Positions 1 through 7,620 of a stretch of 39,027 bases of DNA are shown here, in pieces. Location of the stretch: the IMG/VR virus record IMGVR_UViG_3300012933_000205, positions 1-39,027 of that record; one strand, 5' to 3'. The stretch comes from a virus. Its lineage: Duplodnaviria > Caudoviricetes. Made by a program: the position numbers and the translations under genes. Each line of letters starts with the position of its first letter. Position 1 is the stretch's first letter. Below the pieces are notes generated by a model, which saw only the letters and a list, made by a program, of their open reading frames with translations, was not told the DNA's origin and ran no database searches.

Positions 1-28
1 GCATTGGCGGGCGTTTTAGTTTATCGGA

Positions 29-310
29 GCGCGGCGCGGCGCGGCTTGGCAGGCCAAACAGTCTGCAAAGCCTTTGTTTGTGCGGTTTCTATGTGCGTTG
101 CGTGTATTGGCGCGGCTTGGCAGGCTTCGGGATGCGTGAAGCCTTGCACAGTGCGGCGCGGCGCATGGTATAGGCTGCAAAGCCTTATGCGGCGCGGCTT
201 TGCGTTATGGCGCGGCGCATAGAATCGGCGGCGCGGCGCGTGTAATAGGTACTAATTCGCTAAAAAATAGGGTGTTCGGGCATTGTTTGCAGTGTTTGCG
301 GCATGGTTTG
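29..310 (+). repeat. Cluster of GGCGCGG/GCGGC short repeats in non-coding end region
   Basis: gcgcggcgcggcgcggc at 29-45, further copies near 109, 154, 189, 209 and 227. tgcaaagcctt occurs twice. Confidence 0.75.
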
Positions 311-318
311 GCAGGGTT

Positions 319-747
319 TCACGCCTCACGCATCATCCGCGCATAGTCTTGGGCGGTGTAGTCAACCGCCCCGCCTTCGGTGTAGTGCCTATAAATGCCC
401 GTGGCCTCTAATGAGGTTTTAAGGGAATGGCAGTGAGGGCAGAGACTTTGCAGCCTTGCACGTTTAAAAGCAAATTCACCCACCGCCCGCCACGCAATAA
501 CGTGGTCAACGTGCGCCGCCTGCACAATGCGCCCTTCTAACTTGCAAGACTGGCAAAGGGGCTGCACTGACAATTGCGCCGCCCTCATGGATAACCACGC
601 CGCCGTTTTATATGGCGCGTTATTTTCCCGCCTCTGTGCGGTTTGCTTGGGTTTGCCCCCGTGGGTTTCGCAATACGCCGAACCCGCCACCCGTTCGGAC
701 TTACACCGCAGGGCTTCGCACTTAGTTGGTTTGGGTAATGTAGCCAT
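319..747 (-). CDS. HNH endonuclease, terminase-associated (HK97 gp74-like)
   Basis: PLCQSC...VDHV...LQSLCPHCHSLKT HNH/Zn motifs and an N-terminal Cys/His knuckle. Lies upstream of terS on the circular map. Start placed at MATLPK. Confidence 0.88.
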   Translation of the reverse strand: MATLPKPTKCEALRCKSERVAGSAYCETHGGKPKQTAQRRENNAPYKTAAWLSMRAAQLSVQPLCQSCKLEGRIVQAAHVDHVIAWRAVGEFAFKRARLQSLCPHCHSLKTSLEATGIYRHYTEGGAVDYTAQDYARMMREA

Positions 748-754
748 TCTCACA

Positions 755-791
755 TTATCCACACCCCGCGCACTTATCCACACTATCCACA
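755..791 (+). promoter_or_regulatory. DnaA-box cluster
   Basis: TTATCCACA at 755-763 and 774-782, CTATCCACA (1 mismatch) at 783-791. Confidence 0.7.
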
Positions 792-976
792 CTCCGCACC
801 GTTTAGGTGTGTAAACGGTTTACTTTGGTGCATCATGCACCATTAGTGGTTTTTAATACTTCCCCTCTAGTATACTTTTCTAAACCTTACGGTTTCAATT
901 TAGGGGGTTTAAGCATTGGCACACATCCTGCAAATATAAATTGACCGCGCAATGAAGTGCGGCACAAAAAAAGGGG

Positions 977-985
977 TTATCCACA
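977..985 (+). promoter_or_regulatory. DnaA box between RBS and start codon
   Basis: aagggg-TTATCCACA-ATG(986). Confidence 0.6.
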
Positions 986-1249
986 ATGCAACAATTTGAA
1001 TTTGAACTAATCAACAAACGCACCCGCAGGATTGAACAAAAACGCGCCACCGCAGCCACCGCAGCAATTGCACGCGCCCAAGTGGTTTTAATGTACGGTT
1101 TGCAGTTTGAAGTAGGCGCAATGCCTTGCAACGAATACGCGCCGCACGAATTTTTGGGTGAGATTAACTGCGCGGATTATCCAGAGGGCGAATTGCCCCT
1201 TTTATGGCTAATGCGCGAAGCCGCAGCAATTGAGGGGGTGGCGCAATGA
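986..1249 (+). CDS. Hypothetical protein (first gene of end-module operon)
   Basis: 87 aa ORF with AAGGGG RBS and ATGA overlap with next ORF. Confidence 0.75.
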   Translation: MQQFEFELINKRTRRIEQKRATAATAAIARAQVVLMYGLQFEVGAMPCNEYAPHEFLGEINCADYPEGELPLLWLMREAAAIEGVAQ

Positions 1250-1341
1250 AAAAAACGGCATTAGATTTATTGACCGCAGCCGCCATAACGTGCGCACTTA
1301 CTCTGTGCGCCTTGGCATATTTTGACATTCTGACTAAGTAA
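1246..1341 (+). CDS. Small hydrophobic peptide, 31 aa (MKKTALDLLTAAAITCALTLCALAYFDILTK)
   Basis: Not in ORF track. ATGA overlap with upstream stop, GAGGGGG RBS, fills the gap to the next gene. Confidence 0.65.
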   Translation: MKKTALDLLTAAAITCALTLCALAYFDILTK

Positions 1342-1353
1342 AAAGGGGAAAAA

Positions 1354-1803
1354 ATGTATATCCAACACAAAACCACTGGCGAAGTTTTCGACGTTTCTAC
1401 ACATTGGGGCGAAGACTACACGGAATTAACCAAGGCCAAGGGCGCGGAAATGTACCGCGACCAAACGGCGCGAGACTTGCGAAAACTAATCAAGGCAGGC
1501 CAAACGGTTTACACCTCATGCGACCACGTTTCAGCGTCTGGAATGACGCGCCACGTTAGTTTGTATGTGGTCAACAAAGGCGAGATTATCAACATTAGCC
1601 GCCGCGCCTCTATCGTTACGGGCTGGAAACAATCAAAAAATGGCGGTTTAGTGGTTGGCGGGTGCGGTATGGATATGGGGTTTCATACTGTCTACACCTT
1701 GGGGCGCTATTTGTGGCCCAAGGGTACACGCAAACCACACGGCACACGCAATGGCACACCCGATAAAGACGGCGGCTATGCGTTGAAACATTCTTGGCTA
1801 TAA
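1354..1803 (+). CDS. Phage hypothetical protein
   Basis: 149 aa, AAGGGG RBS, motifs SASGMTRHVSLY and GGCGMDMGFHTVYTL. Confidence 0.8.
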   Translation: MYIQHKTTGEVFDVSTHWGEDYTELTKAKGAEMYRDQTARDLRKLIKAGQTVYTSCDHVSASGMTRHVSLYVVNKGEIINISRRASIVTGWKQSKNGGLVVGGCGMDMGFHTVYTLGRYLWPKGTRKPHGTRNGTPDKDGGYALKHSWL

Positions 1804-1810
1804 GGGGGAA

Positions 1811-2299
1811 ATGATGCAAACCGTACAAATTAACCTTTACACCATCGAAGAACTGCCAACAGAAACCGCTAAAGAACGGGCGCGGGACTGGTGGCGAAGC
1901 CTTGGGTATACACCTTGGCGTGATGAAAGTTTAGAAAGTATTAAGGCATTTTGCGAGCGTTTCGGCGTTACGTTAAAGGCTTGGGAAGTTGGCGCATATT
2001 CCCGCCCGTACTTTTCCACAGATGCGGAAAATTCACATTTTCGCGGGTTGAAGGTTTCGCAATTCAGCCCTGACCATTCGCCAACGGGCTATTGTTTGGA
2101 CTGGCCTTTGTGGTCTGTGTTCTTTCATTCGTTCAAAAGAACGGGGGACGCTAAAGCCGCATTTGTCGAAGGCTTAACAGAGGGTTTTAAATGTTGGGCG
2201 GCTGATTTGGAAGACCAAGATTCGGCGGAGTACATCGACGAAACTTTATCTGCGAACGGGTACACATTCACCGAAGACGGCGAACGCTTTGACGCATAA
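1811..2299 (+). CDS. Phage/MGE hypothetical protein (resembles a family often auto-annotated as antitoxin; function unverified)
   Basis: N-terminal Y-x-x-x-EL...AKERARDWW and C-terminal ANGYTFTEDG motifs, strong RBS. Confidence 0.7.
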   Translation: MMQTVQINLYTIEELPTETAKERARDWWRSLGYTPWRDESLESIKAFCERFGVTLKAWEVGAYSRPYFSTDAENSHFRGLKVSQFSPDHSPTGYCLDWPLWSVFFHSFKRTGDAKAAFVEGLTEGFKCWAADLEDQDSAEYIDETLSANGYTFTEDGERFDA

Positions 2300-2309
2300 G
2301 GGGCAAAAA

Positions 2310-2543
2310 ATGAAAAACGGCACGATTGACAAACTATGCGCGGCAATAAATGAGGCGCGGCGCGTGGTTTACCCTCAAAAGGGTTATTTGTATTTTGCAA
2401 ACATAAAAGGGGACGGCACACGCCGCCGCCGTGTTTACATGATAACGAATGAGGCAGGCGGCGTAACTGCCATTCACAATGGTAGCTACCGACAAACCGC
2501 GAAGAATCTGCGCGAAGTGTTGGCGGTTCAATCTGTTTATTAA
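2310..2543 (+). CDS. Hypothetical protein
   Basis: taaggggcaaaaaATG RBS, 77 aa. Confidence 0.7.
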   Translation: MKNGTIDKLCAAINEARRVVYPQKGYLYFANIKGDGTRRRRVYMITNEAGGVTAIHNGSYRQTAKNLREVLAVQSVY

Positions 2544-2553
2544 GGGGCAGAAA

Positions 2554-2727
2554 ATGACACAAATTAAAATTGGCAATGTTGGCGCACTTACAAACGGGGT
2601 ACGGGGTTTGTGGCGGGTGTTGGCGGTTGACGGTGACACCCTCACAATTGAACACATTAGCGAAGGGCGCACACTGTCAACCTTTGCTGAATGTTTTTGG
2701 CCTTTGCTTGATTCGTTTGCACCCTAA
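2554..2727 (+). CDS. Hypothetical protein (small, beta-rich)
   Basis: taaggggcagaaaATG RBS, 57 aa, followed by terminator. Confidence 0.7.
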   Translation: MTQIKIGNVGALTNGVRGLWRVLAVDGDTLTIEHISEGRTLSTFAECFWPLLDSFAP

Positions 2728-2744
2728 TTAGCAGCCCCAAGCAT

Positions 2745-2771
2745 TCCCCGCCATTAGTGCGGGGATTTTTT
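2745..2771 (+). terminator. Intrinsic terminator of end-module operon
   Basis: TCCCCGC-cattagt-GCGGGGA followed by T-run, embedded in a longer imperfect hairpin 2728-2782. Confidence 0.8.
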
Positions 2772-3045
2772 GGGTTTGCTAAGTTAGTTGGCACTTACAC
2801 ACAAAGGGCGCACAGTTTGCGCGGGTAGGTTTGCAGCCTTTGCAGGGCTTGGCAGGGTTTGAGGGTGGCGCGGTGTGTCACTGTCAATCTGTGCCACGAA
2901 TTGAGGGCAAACGCAAAGGCCACGGGGTTTTGTGAATTGGTGGCCTTTTGAACGGCGGCGCAATTGCTACCCCTTGCACGTTTGGCAAACGGTAAGACGT
3001 TTGGCAGGCGGTTAGGGTGTGGCAGGCGGTGCGGTTTTGGGGTTT

Positions 3046-3167
3046 GGCGGCGCGTATGAGGCCACCAAAACATCCAAGGCGGCGCGGTTTTGCAGGGCTT
3101 GGGCAATGCGAACGAATGGCGGCGCGGCATGGATTCACGGCGGCGCGGCGCGGTTCGGCATGGTTTG
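3046..3167 (+). repeat. Second GGCGGCGCGG repeat cluster
   Basis: Copies near 3046, 3078, 3118 and 3139. cggcatggtttg at 3156-3167 is identical to 299-310. Confidence 0.7.
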
Positions 3168-3320
3168 CGGTTTGCTTTTCTGCCTTATGAATCAACGACT
3201 TAGCGCGGATTCAGAGAATTTTTCTAGGCATTTCCGCATTATGAAAGTCAATAGGAAAAAAGCGGTTATTTTCAGACCCCCCACCCTAGGTTTTTGGAAA
3301 AAAAAATTAGCTCCCAATTT

Positions 3321-3494
3321 CTAGCTGGAACTTTTTTTTGAAAACTCCAACACCAAAGGAGGCTCATTATTTTTTTGCTCGCCCTTGTATCCATTGGCGT
3401 AAGCGGCCCTAGCCACTGACAGTGCTTTGGCCTTTGTGGGGAATGGCCCTTTGCTTCCCCACATCCATCCAGACTTTGTGTGACGTAATGGCAT
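3321..3494 (-). CDS. Small basic phage protein, 57 aa (MPLRHTKSGWMWGSKGPFPTKAKALSVARAAYANGYKG...)
   Basis: Not in ORF track. Starts 3 nt after the upstream stop and resembles a recurrent small phage protein family. Confidence 0.65.
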   Translation of the reverse strand: MPLRHTKSGWMWGSKGPFPTKAKALSVARAAYANGYKGEQKNNEPPLVLEFSKKSSS

Positions 3495-3497
3495 GAC

Positions 3498-3902
3498 TTA
3501 CTTCAAGAAGCGCAGCTTGTAGAGTGTTGAGTTGATGAGATTGGCAATGTTGTCCACCTCGTTCTGCAACTCTGAGTCCTGTGGGAACTTAGGGTCACGG
3601 CGCAGCTTCTCTACCTCGGCCTTGAGGTAGTTCATGTAGGCAATTGGGTCTGACGGTTGCTCGTAGTTCGTTGTGTAGTTTGTCAGCAGGCCATACTTGC
3701 CTTGGAACGCCTCAACAAATCCGTCAACAAGGTCGCCTATTTCTGCGTAGAAATTTCCGAGTGCTTGGTGGGTCGAGTAGCTGGTGGTGGATAAATGCAG
3801 GATGTGAGCATTGGTTACGCTGTGCAATAGGCACATAACGAATGTCATCACAGGGTCGGCCCCTTTGTGTTGCGCTTCAATGCTGGCTGTATATTTCTTC
3901 AT
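3498..3902 (-). CDS. Ferritin/Dps-like four-helix protein (DUF5856-like)
   Basis: HILHL...SYSTHQALGNFY...DGFVEAFQGKYG and C-terminal YKLRFLK. Confidence 0.75.
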   Translation of the reverse strand: MKKYTASIEAQHKGADPVMTFVMCLLHSVTNAHILHLSTTSYSTHQALGNFYAEIGDLVDGFVEAFQGKYGLLTNYTTNYEQPSDPIAYMNYLKAEVEKLRRDPKFPQDSELQNEVDNIANLINSTLYKLRFLK

Positions 3903-4242
3903 TCCAGATGTCCTCGTACTGTTGGTCGAATGGGATTGGCACTTCACTAGGCCACATCCCTGTCTGCGTCAATTTTCTCACAGTCCTGTAATGAGCGACA
4001 ACCCATAGCTTCATTCTTTGCTCACGGCTCAACAAGTGGCCTTGGTCAATGGCGTGATGACAGGTCTGGCATAGGGCGGCAATGTGATTGTCATCAGCCT
4101 TGATTGACCTACCCTTGCCTCCTCCCCAATTGGTGTGAGCAGCCTGAATCCCATAGTCTGAGCCACAGGATTGACAAGATAGCGTCCTCACTGCCTTGAG
4201 CAGCTTAGGGCTACGGACGTATTCGTGCTTGGGGTACATCAT
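3877..4242 (-). CDS. DUF1364-like Zn-binding putative nuclease
   Basis: RSPKLL...CQSCG...AAH...GKG...KADD...LCQTCH. Confidence 0.75.
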   Translation of the reverse strand: MMYPKHEYVRSPKLLKAVRTLSCQSCGSDYGIQAAHTNWGGGKGRSIKADDNHIAALCQTCHHAIDQGHLLSREQRMKLWVVAHYRTVRKLTQTGMWPSEVPIPFDQQYEDIWNEEIYSQH

Positions 4243-4460
4243 TCTTTGTCTACCGCCTCCATGATGTGAACACAACTCCATTCACCCATTTCAGCAAACT
4301 CTTGCGCCCATTCTTTACGCTCTTTAGCTGCTACCAGTTTGGCAAATGCTTTAATCTGATGAGGTGTTCCCCACAGATAGTCACCAACAGTCCCACTAGG
4401 TGCTGTCGCTGCTTTCATGCCAGCCTGTTTAGCCATCTCAATGATTTCATCTTGTGTCAT
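4239..4460 (-). CDS. Hypothetical protein (nin-like region)
   Basis: 73 aa, DEIIEMAKQAG...FAKLVAAKER motif, overlaps next start. Confidence 0.7.
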   Translation of the reverse strand: MTQDEIIEMAKQAGMKAATAPSGTVGDYLWGTPHQIKAFAKLVAAKERKEWAQEFAEMGEWSCVHIMEAVDKE

Positions 4461-4463
4461 GGT

Positions 4464-4925
4464 TTACTCGATGTGCGTCACATATTTCCCGTGACCTTTT
4501 AGGTAATTACGGGTCTTCTCAATCATCTGTTGGTACTTTGCCCTTGAGACACTGGTTCTTTGTAAGTCATGGTATTCCATGATGTCACCCAATGCTCTCA
4601 GACCTTCACCAGACAATCCCATACGCTTTGTGGCTTCGTATCGTTTGGCAGCACGATGCAATGCTTCATTGGCTGCTTCACAATGGTCTAGGACTTCGGG
4701 GCCAATCCCGTTTCTACCCATCATCTCAGCAATGTTCATCATATCCACAAGCACTTGCCACTCTTGGACACCAGCTTCACCAGTCTTCATGGCTTCCAAG
4801 GCTTTAACCTCACCAACGCGAAGTTGGTTCAATGAGTTTGTGTCTGTGATGCAAGCGCCAGCAATAGCATGGGCGATTGGGTTAATGTCTGTTGACCACA
4901 CACGACGGCGGCAGCGTTTACGCAT
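4464..4925 (-). CDS. Phage hypothetical protein
   Basis: Start at MRKRCRRR, helical, tightly packed with neighbours. Confidence 0.75.
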   Translation of the reverse strand: MRKRCRRRVWSTDINPIAHAIAGACITDTNSLNQLRVGEVKALEAMKTGEAGVQEWQVLVDMMNIAEMMGRNGIGPEVLDHCEAANEALHRAAKRYEATKRMGLSGEGLRALGDIMEYHDLQRTSVSRAKYQQMIEKTRNYLKGHGKYVTHIE

Positions 4926-5163
4926 TGTTCTTCTCCTTGAGTTTGACTTCGACTTCACGACCAAATGCAATCATCTCAGCATCACTTCTTGGCTCGTTAT
5001 ACATATCCATGATTTCCTCATCCGTCAGCCCAACCCATGTGCGCTGTGCTTTTAATCCTGTGCCGTTGCATTGATTGCAAATAGTGATAGGTGATTCATC
5101 AATGCCTGTATCAACTTGACCAACGCCTTGACACACATGACAGTATTTTTTGTGATCTGTCAT
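4918..5163 (-). CDS. Hypothetical protein with CxxCxGxG Zn-finger repeats
   Basis: CHVCQGVG and CNQCNGTG, followed by WVGLTDEEI module. Confidence 0.7.
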   Translation of the reverse strand: MTDHKKYCHVCQGVGQVDTGIDESPITICNQCNGTGLKAQRTWVGLTDEEIMDMYNEPRSDAEMIAFGREVEVKLKEKNNA

Positions 5164-5166
5164 GTC

Positions 5167-5526
5167 TTACTCCTTAATTCCGTGGACGGCTTCAATCTGC
5201 CTCGCAAAGCAAATCAATTCAAAGTCAGGCGCGGCAATAGTCGGCCCGTTTTCTTCGCCATCTGGGTAATTGGCTGAAAGAATCTGCTCATCCGTCAGCG
5301 GCTTGCGCTGTGGTGGGGTGGTGTAGATACTGTCCAATGCTTTTGAATACTCGGCATAGTCAGCATCACTGTTCAGGTTGTTTTGCAGGAGTCGGTCAAT
5401 CATGTCGTAGGCATCACTACGCGCCACAGGCTCCTGCTCTGGCTCTTTTGGTCGCGGTGTTCTTTCCATCGCTTCTTTCAACGGCGTACCGATATTTGTC
5501 AGACCTTCACTCATTCTGTATTTCAT
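5167..5526 (-). CDS. Modular hypothetical protein (EPVA / KPLTDE / HGIKE modules)
   Basis: Shares boundary motifs with adjacent genes. Confidence 0.7.
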   Translation of the reverse strand: MKYRMSEGLTNIGTPLKEAMERTPRPKEPEQEPVARSDAYDMIDRLLQNNLNSDADYAEYSKALDSIYTTPPQRKPLTDEQILSANYPDGEENGPTIAAPDFELICFARQIEAVHGIKE

Positions 5527-5529
5527 GTT

Positions 5530-5961
5530 TTACTCCTTAATGCCGTGCATCCGTTCCACGGCGTCAATGATGTGCCGAGGTGTCGGGCAGGTCGCCACAA
5601 TCCAGTTGCGCGTTTCATCCGTCAGCGGCTTGCGTTGTTGTGGTGGTGGTGTAAGTTTTGAAATAAGGCTTTTGTCTGATTGAATTGCTATGCAAATGGC
5701 GCGGACAAATTCTTTTTTGCTTGCAAATTTTTGCCCGTTGTTTGTCACCGCATCGGCGGCGCGATGTGCAACTACCATCATGTGACTATGCAAGTCACGA
5801 TGTTGCGCCACAGGCTCACCCTGCTCTTGCTTCTCTGCCTCTGCGATGGCTTTTTCTAAAGACAAAACGCTTTCTATCAAATGCGGTGGACTGACACCTT
5901 GGTAGATGTGCATTGCCCATTGCAATGATTTGAGCCACTGTTTCATTGCTTCTTTACTCAT
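5530..5961 (-). CDS. Modular hypothetical protein (EPVA / KPLTDE / HGIKE modules)
   Basis: Shares boundary motifs with 5167-5526. Confidence 0.7.
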   Translation of the reverse strand: MSKEAMKQWLKSLQWAMHIYQGVSPPHLIESVLSLEKAIAEAEKQEQGEPVAQHRDLHSHMMVVAHRAADAVTNNGQKFASKKEFVRAICIAIQSDKSLISKLTPPPQQRKPLTDETRNWIVATCPTPRHIIDAVERMHGIKE

Positions 5962-5970
5962 AGCAAGCCC

Positions 5971-6183
5971 TCAACAATTCAATGTAAATATTTTCACGGG
6001 TCTAGCCTCATCAAATGATGCGGAGGACGAAAAATTTTTAATGTATTGAAGCAACATTTCTTTTGTGTCAGCAGTCATTCCAAAAGGTGTTTGGCTATTT
6101 TTGTAGTAATACACAGCAACATATAACTTTGGCGTGTGAATCTCGTATGTGCTTACGGGCATTGTTTGTTCTTCTATTTTCAT
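5971..6183 (-). CDS. Hypothetical protein
   Basis: Start at MKIEEQ, ATGA overlap with upstream micro-ORF. Confidence 0.6.
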   Translation of the reverse strand: MKIEEQTMPVSTYEIHTPKLYVAVYYYKNSQTPFGMTADTKEMLLQYIKNFSSSASFDEARPVKIFTLNC

Positions 6184-6284
6184 AACGGAGCCTCTGGCAG
6201 TTGTGCGCGTTGTTGTTGCGCGTGTTCTTTGATTTGTTTGGCAGTCCACGGTGTTGGTGGATGTGTTGGGAAGGGCCAGTTCAT
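6180..6284 (-). CDS. Micro-protein, 34 aa (MNWPFPTHPPTPWTAKQIKEHAQQQRAQLPEAPL)
   Basis: Not in ORF track. ATGA overlaps at both ends. Confidence 0.65.
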   Translation of the reverse strand: MNWPFPTHPPTPWTAKQIKEHAQQQRAQLPEAPL

Positions 6285-6469
6285 GCTATCCAAACTCCAA
6301 TGCAAGGAAGTGCAATGCTGAATGAAATGCAAGCAATCAAAGTTCGGTCACTATCCCAAACCAAATTTGAGCATTGATTACCCAACCAAAACCAGCAAGT
6401 CATGTCCCCAATAGCCGTAGCTGTTGGAATTAAAAAGGCAACCGCCATGATTGCAAAAAATACTTTCAT
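6281..6469 (-). CDS. Small membrane protein
   Basis: Two hydrophobic segments, ATGA overlaps. Confidence 0.65.
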   Translation of the reverse strand: MKVFFAIMAVAFLIPTATAIGDMTCWFWLGNQCSNLVWDSDRTLIACISFSIALPCIGVWIA

Positions 6470-6693
6470 AGCGTCCTCCCAAGGATTTTGGAAACAATCG
6501 TCAGGGCTTCTGCTCTGGCTGTATCAACCATTCCGCAATCGAGTAGATGCTCCACAGACGCAAACACATTGTCACTAGAGCTGCCGCCTTTGTAGCAGCT
6601 ATAACCACGCGAGTTAAGCGCCTCAATCAAATCATCATCATCGGTTTCTTCAATAACTTCATCATTGTCAATCCACACATTTACATACGGCAT
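6466..6693 (-). CDS. Small acidic hypothetical protein
   Basis: 75 aa, AAAGGA RBS. Confidence 0.7.
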   Translation of the reverse strand: MPYVNVWIDNDEVIEETDDDDLIEALNSRGYSCYKGGSSSDNVFASVEHLLDCGMVDTARAEALTIVSKILGRTL

Positions 6694-6745
6694 ATCTTGT
6701 CCTTTCTTGTTTAACTCATTCCGAGTTGAGATAACTATACCATAG

Positions 6746-7165
6746 TTATTGCCAATCTGGTTCTTTGATGTCGATTCCGTTGGTTGCAGACCACATTAGC
6801 AGCCATTCGATGAATTCAGCACCCTCGGCTTTCGTGAATTTGCGGCTTTGGATTCCCAACTGAATGACATCTCCTCCATCCAGCGAAGCGACCAAATCTC
6901 CTCTATTTCGGCCAGAATCCTTTGCCCACTGGTCAATGAGCAATCGTTTCCAAGCCTCAACATCCCAACGCGAACCAGCGTGTTCTGCCTGCTTCGCAAT
7001 CTGACCAATGATGGCGTGGAATTTCTTGTTTTGCGGGTCGCTGCGATGCTCCTCAGTGACCTCCAATATGACTTTCTTGCCGCCATAGATTGATTCCTTG
7101 ATGATGTTCCACACTGCCAACATGGTGGCGTGGGCTTGCTTTTCTTCGTAAAGCTTGTACTTCAT
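6746..7165 (-). CDS. ninB: NinB/Orf-family recombination protein
   Basis: RSDPQNKKFHAIIGQIAKQ...WKRLL...SRKFTKAE..EFIE motifs. Confidence 0.8.
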   Translation of the reverse strand: MKYKLYEEKQAHATMLAVWNIIKESIYGGKKVILEVTEEHRSDPQNKKFHAIIGQIAKQAEHAGSRWDVEAWKRLLIDQWAKDSGRNRGDLVASLDGGDVIQLGIQSRKFTKAEGAEFIEWLLMWSATNGIDIKEPDWQ

Positions 7166-7362
7166 AACAAGTCCACAAATTCAGACCAAAACTCTTGGCC
7201 TTCCCATGTCTGATTCCAACTTTTAAAACAGTACACAGCGTATCTCATGGATGAGCTTTTTCTATCCCTTGCTCCCCTGACTGATTGAGCAGCCATTGAT
7301 GCCGAAATCAGCTCAGGGAGTCCAAGTTCACACAAATGCTCGTAGTATTCTTGTCTTGTCAT
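7162..7362 (-). CDS. Hypothetical protein
   Basis: 66 aa, fills gap, overlaps ninB start. Confidence 0.6.
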   Translation of the reverse strand: MTRQEYYEHLCELGLPELISASMAAQSVRGARDRKSSSMRYAVYCFKSWNQTWEGQEFWSEFVDLL

Positions 7363-7368
7363 GTCGAT

Positions 7369-7620
7369 TTACTCCAGACGTTCAGCCGCGCACTCAGCGT
7401 AGCCAGAAATGTCATGCCAATGGTCGTGATGGTCTGGATTGCCATTCAGCACACGCGCAATCTTGTGAGCAATCATTTCCAACGCTTCGATTTGGTCTGG
7501 AGCCAACTCAAGCAACCCATGCTCACGCATTACGGATTTGAGTTGTTGGCTGATTACAGCGTGGGTTGAGAAGTTGCCATGAGTCTTTTGGCGCTGTTTG
7601 AGGGTCTTCTGTATTGTCAT
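7369..7620 (-). CDS. DUF6378-like phage protein
   Basis: TL..R...HG.F...KIARVLNG.P...DHWHDISGYA. Confidence 0.7.
   Translation of the reverse strand: MTIQKTLKQRQKTHGNFSTHAVISQQLKSVMREHGLLELAPDQIEALEMIAHKIARVLNGNPDHHDHWHDISGYAECAAERLE

Noticed and set aside
4-222. 72-aa ORF at the left end
   Set aside because: Arises from the GGCGCGG repeat tract, has no RBS or recognisable motif, and lies in the expected non-coding cos-proximal region.
1811-2299. Toxin-antitoxin system
   Set aside because: The resemblance is to a family whose antitoxin label I consider unverified, and no recognisable toxin gene is adjacent.
1-3180. CRISPR-like array from the short repeats
   Set aside because: Repeats are 7-12 nt with irregular spacing. 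There is no constant repeat-spacer period and no cas genes.
2795-3324. Overlapping ORFs 2795-3130, 2884-3195 and 3019-3324
   Set aside because: Low-complexity Pro/Arg/Ala/Gly translations of the skewed repeat tract in several frames at once, with no clear RBS. I cannot fully exclude one being real.
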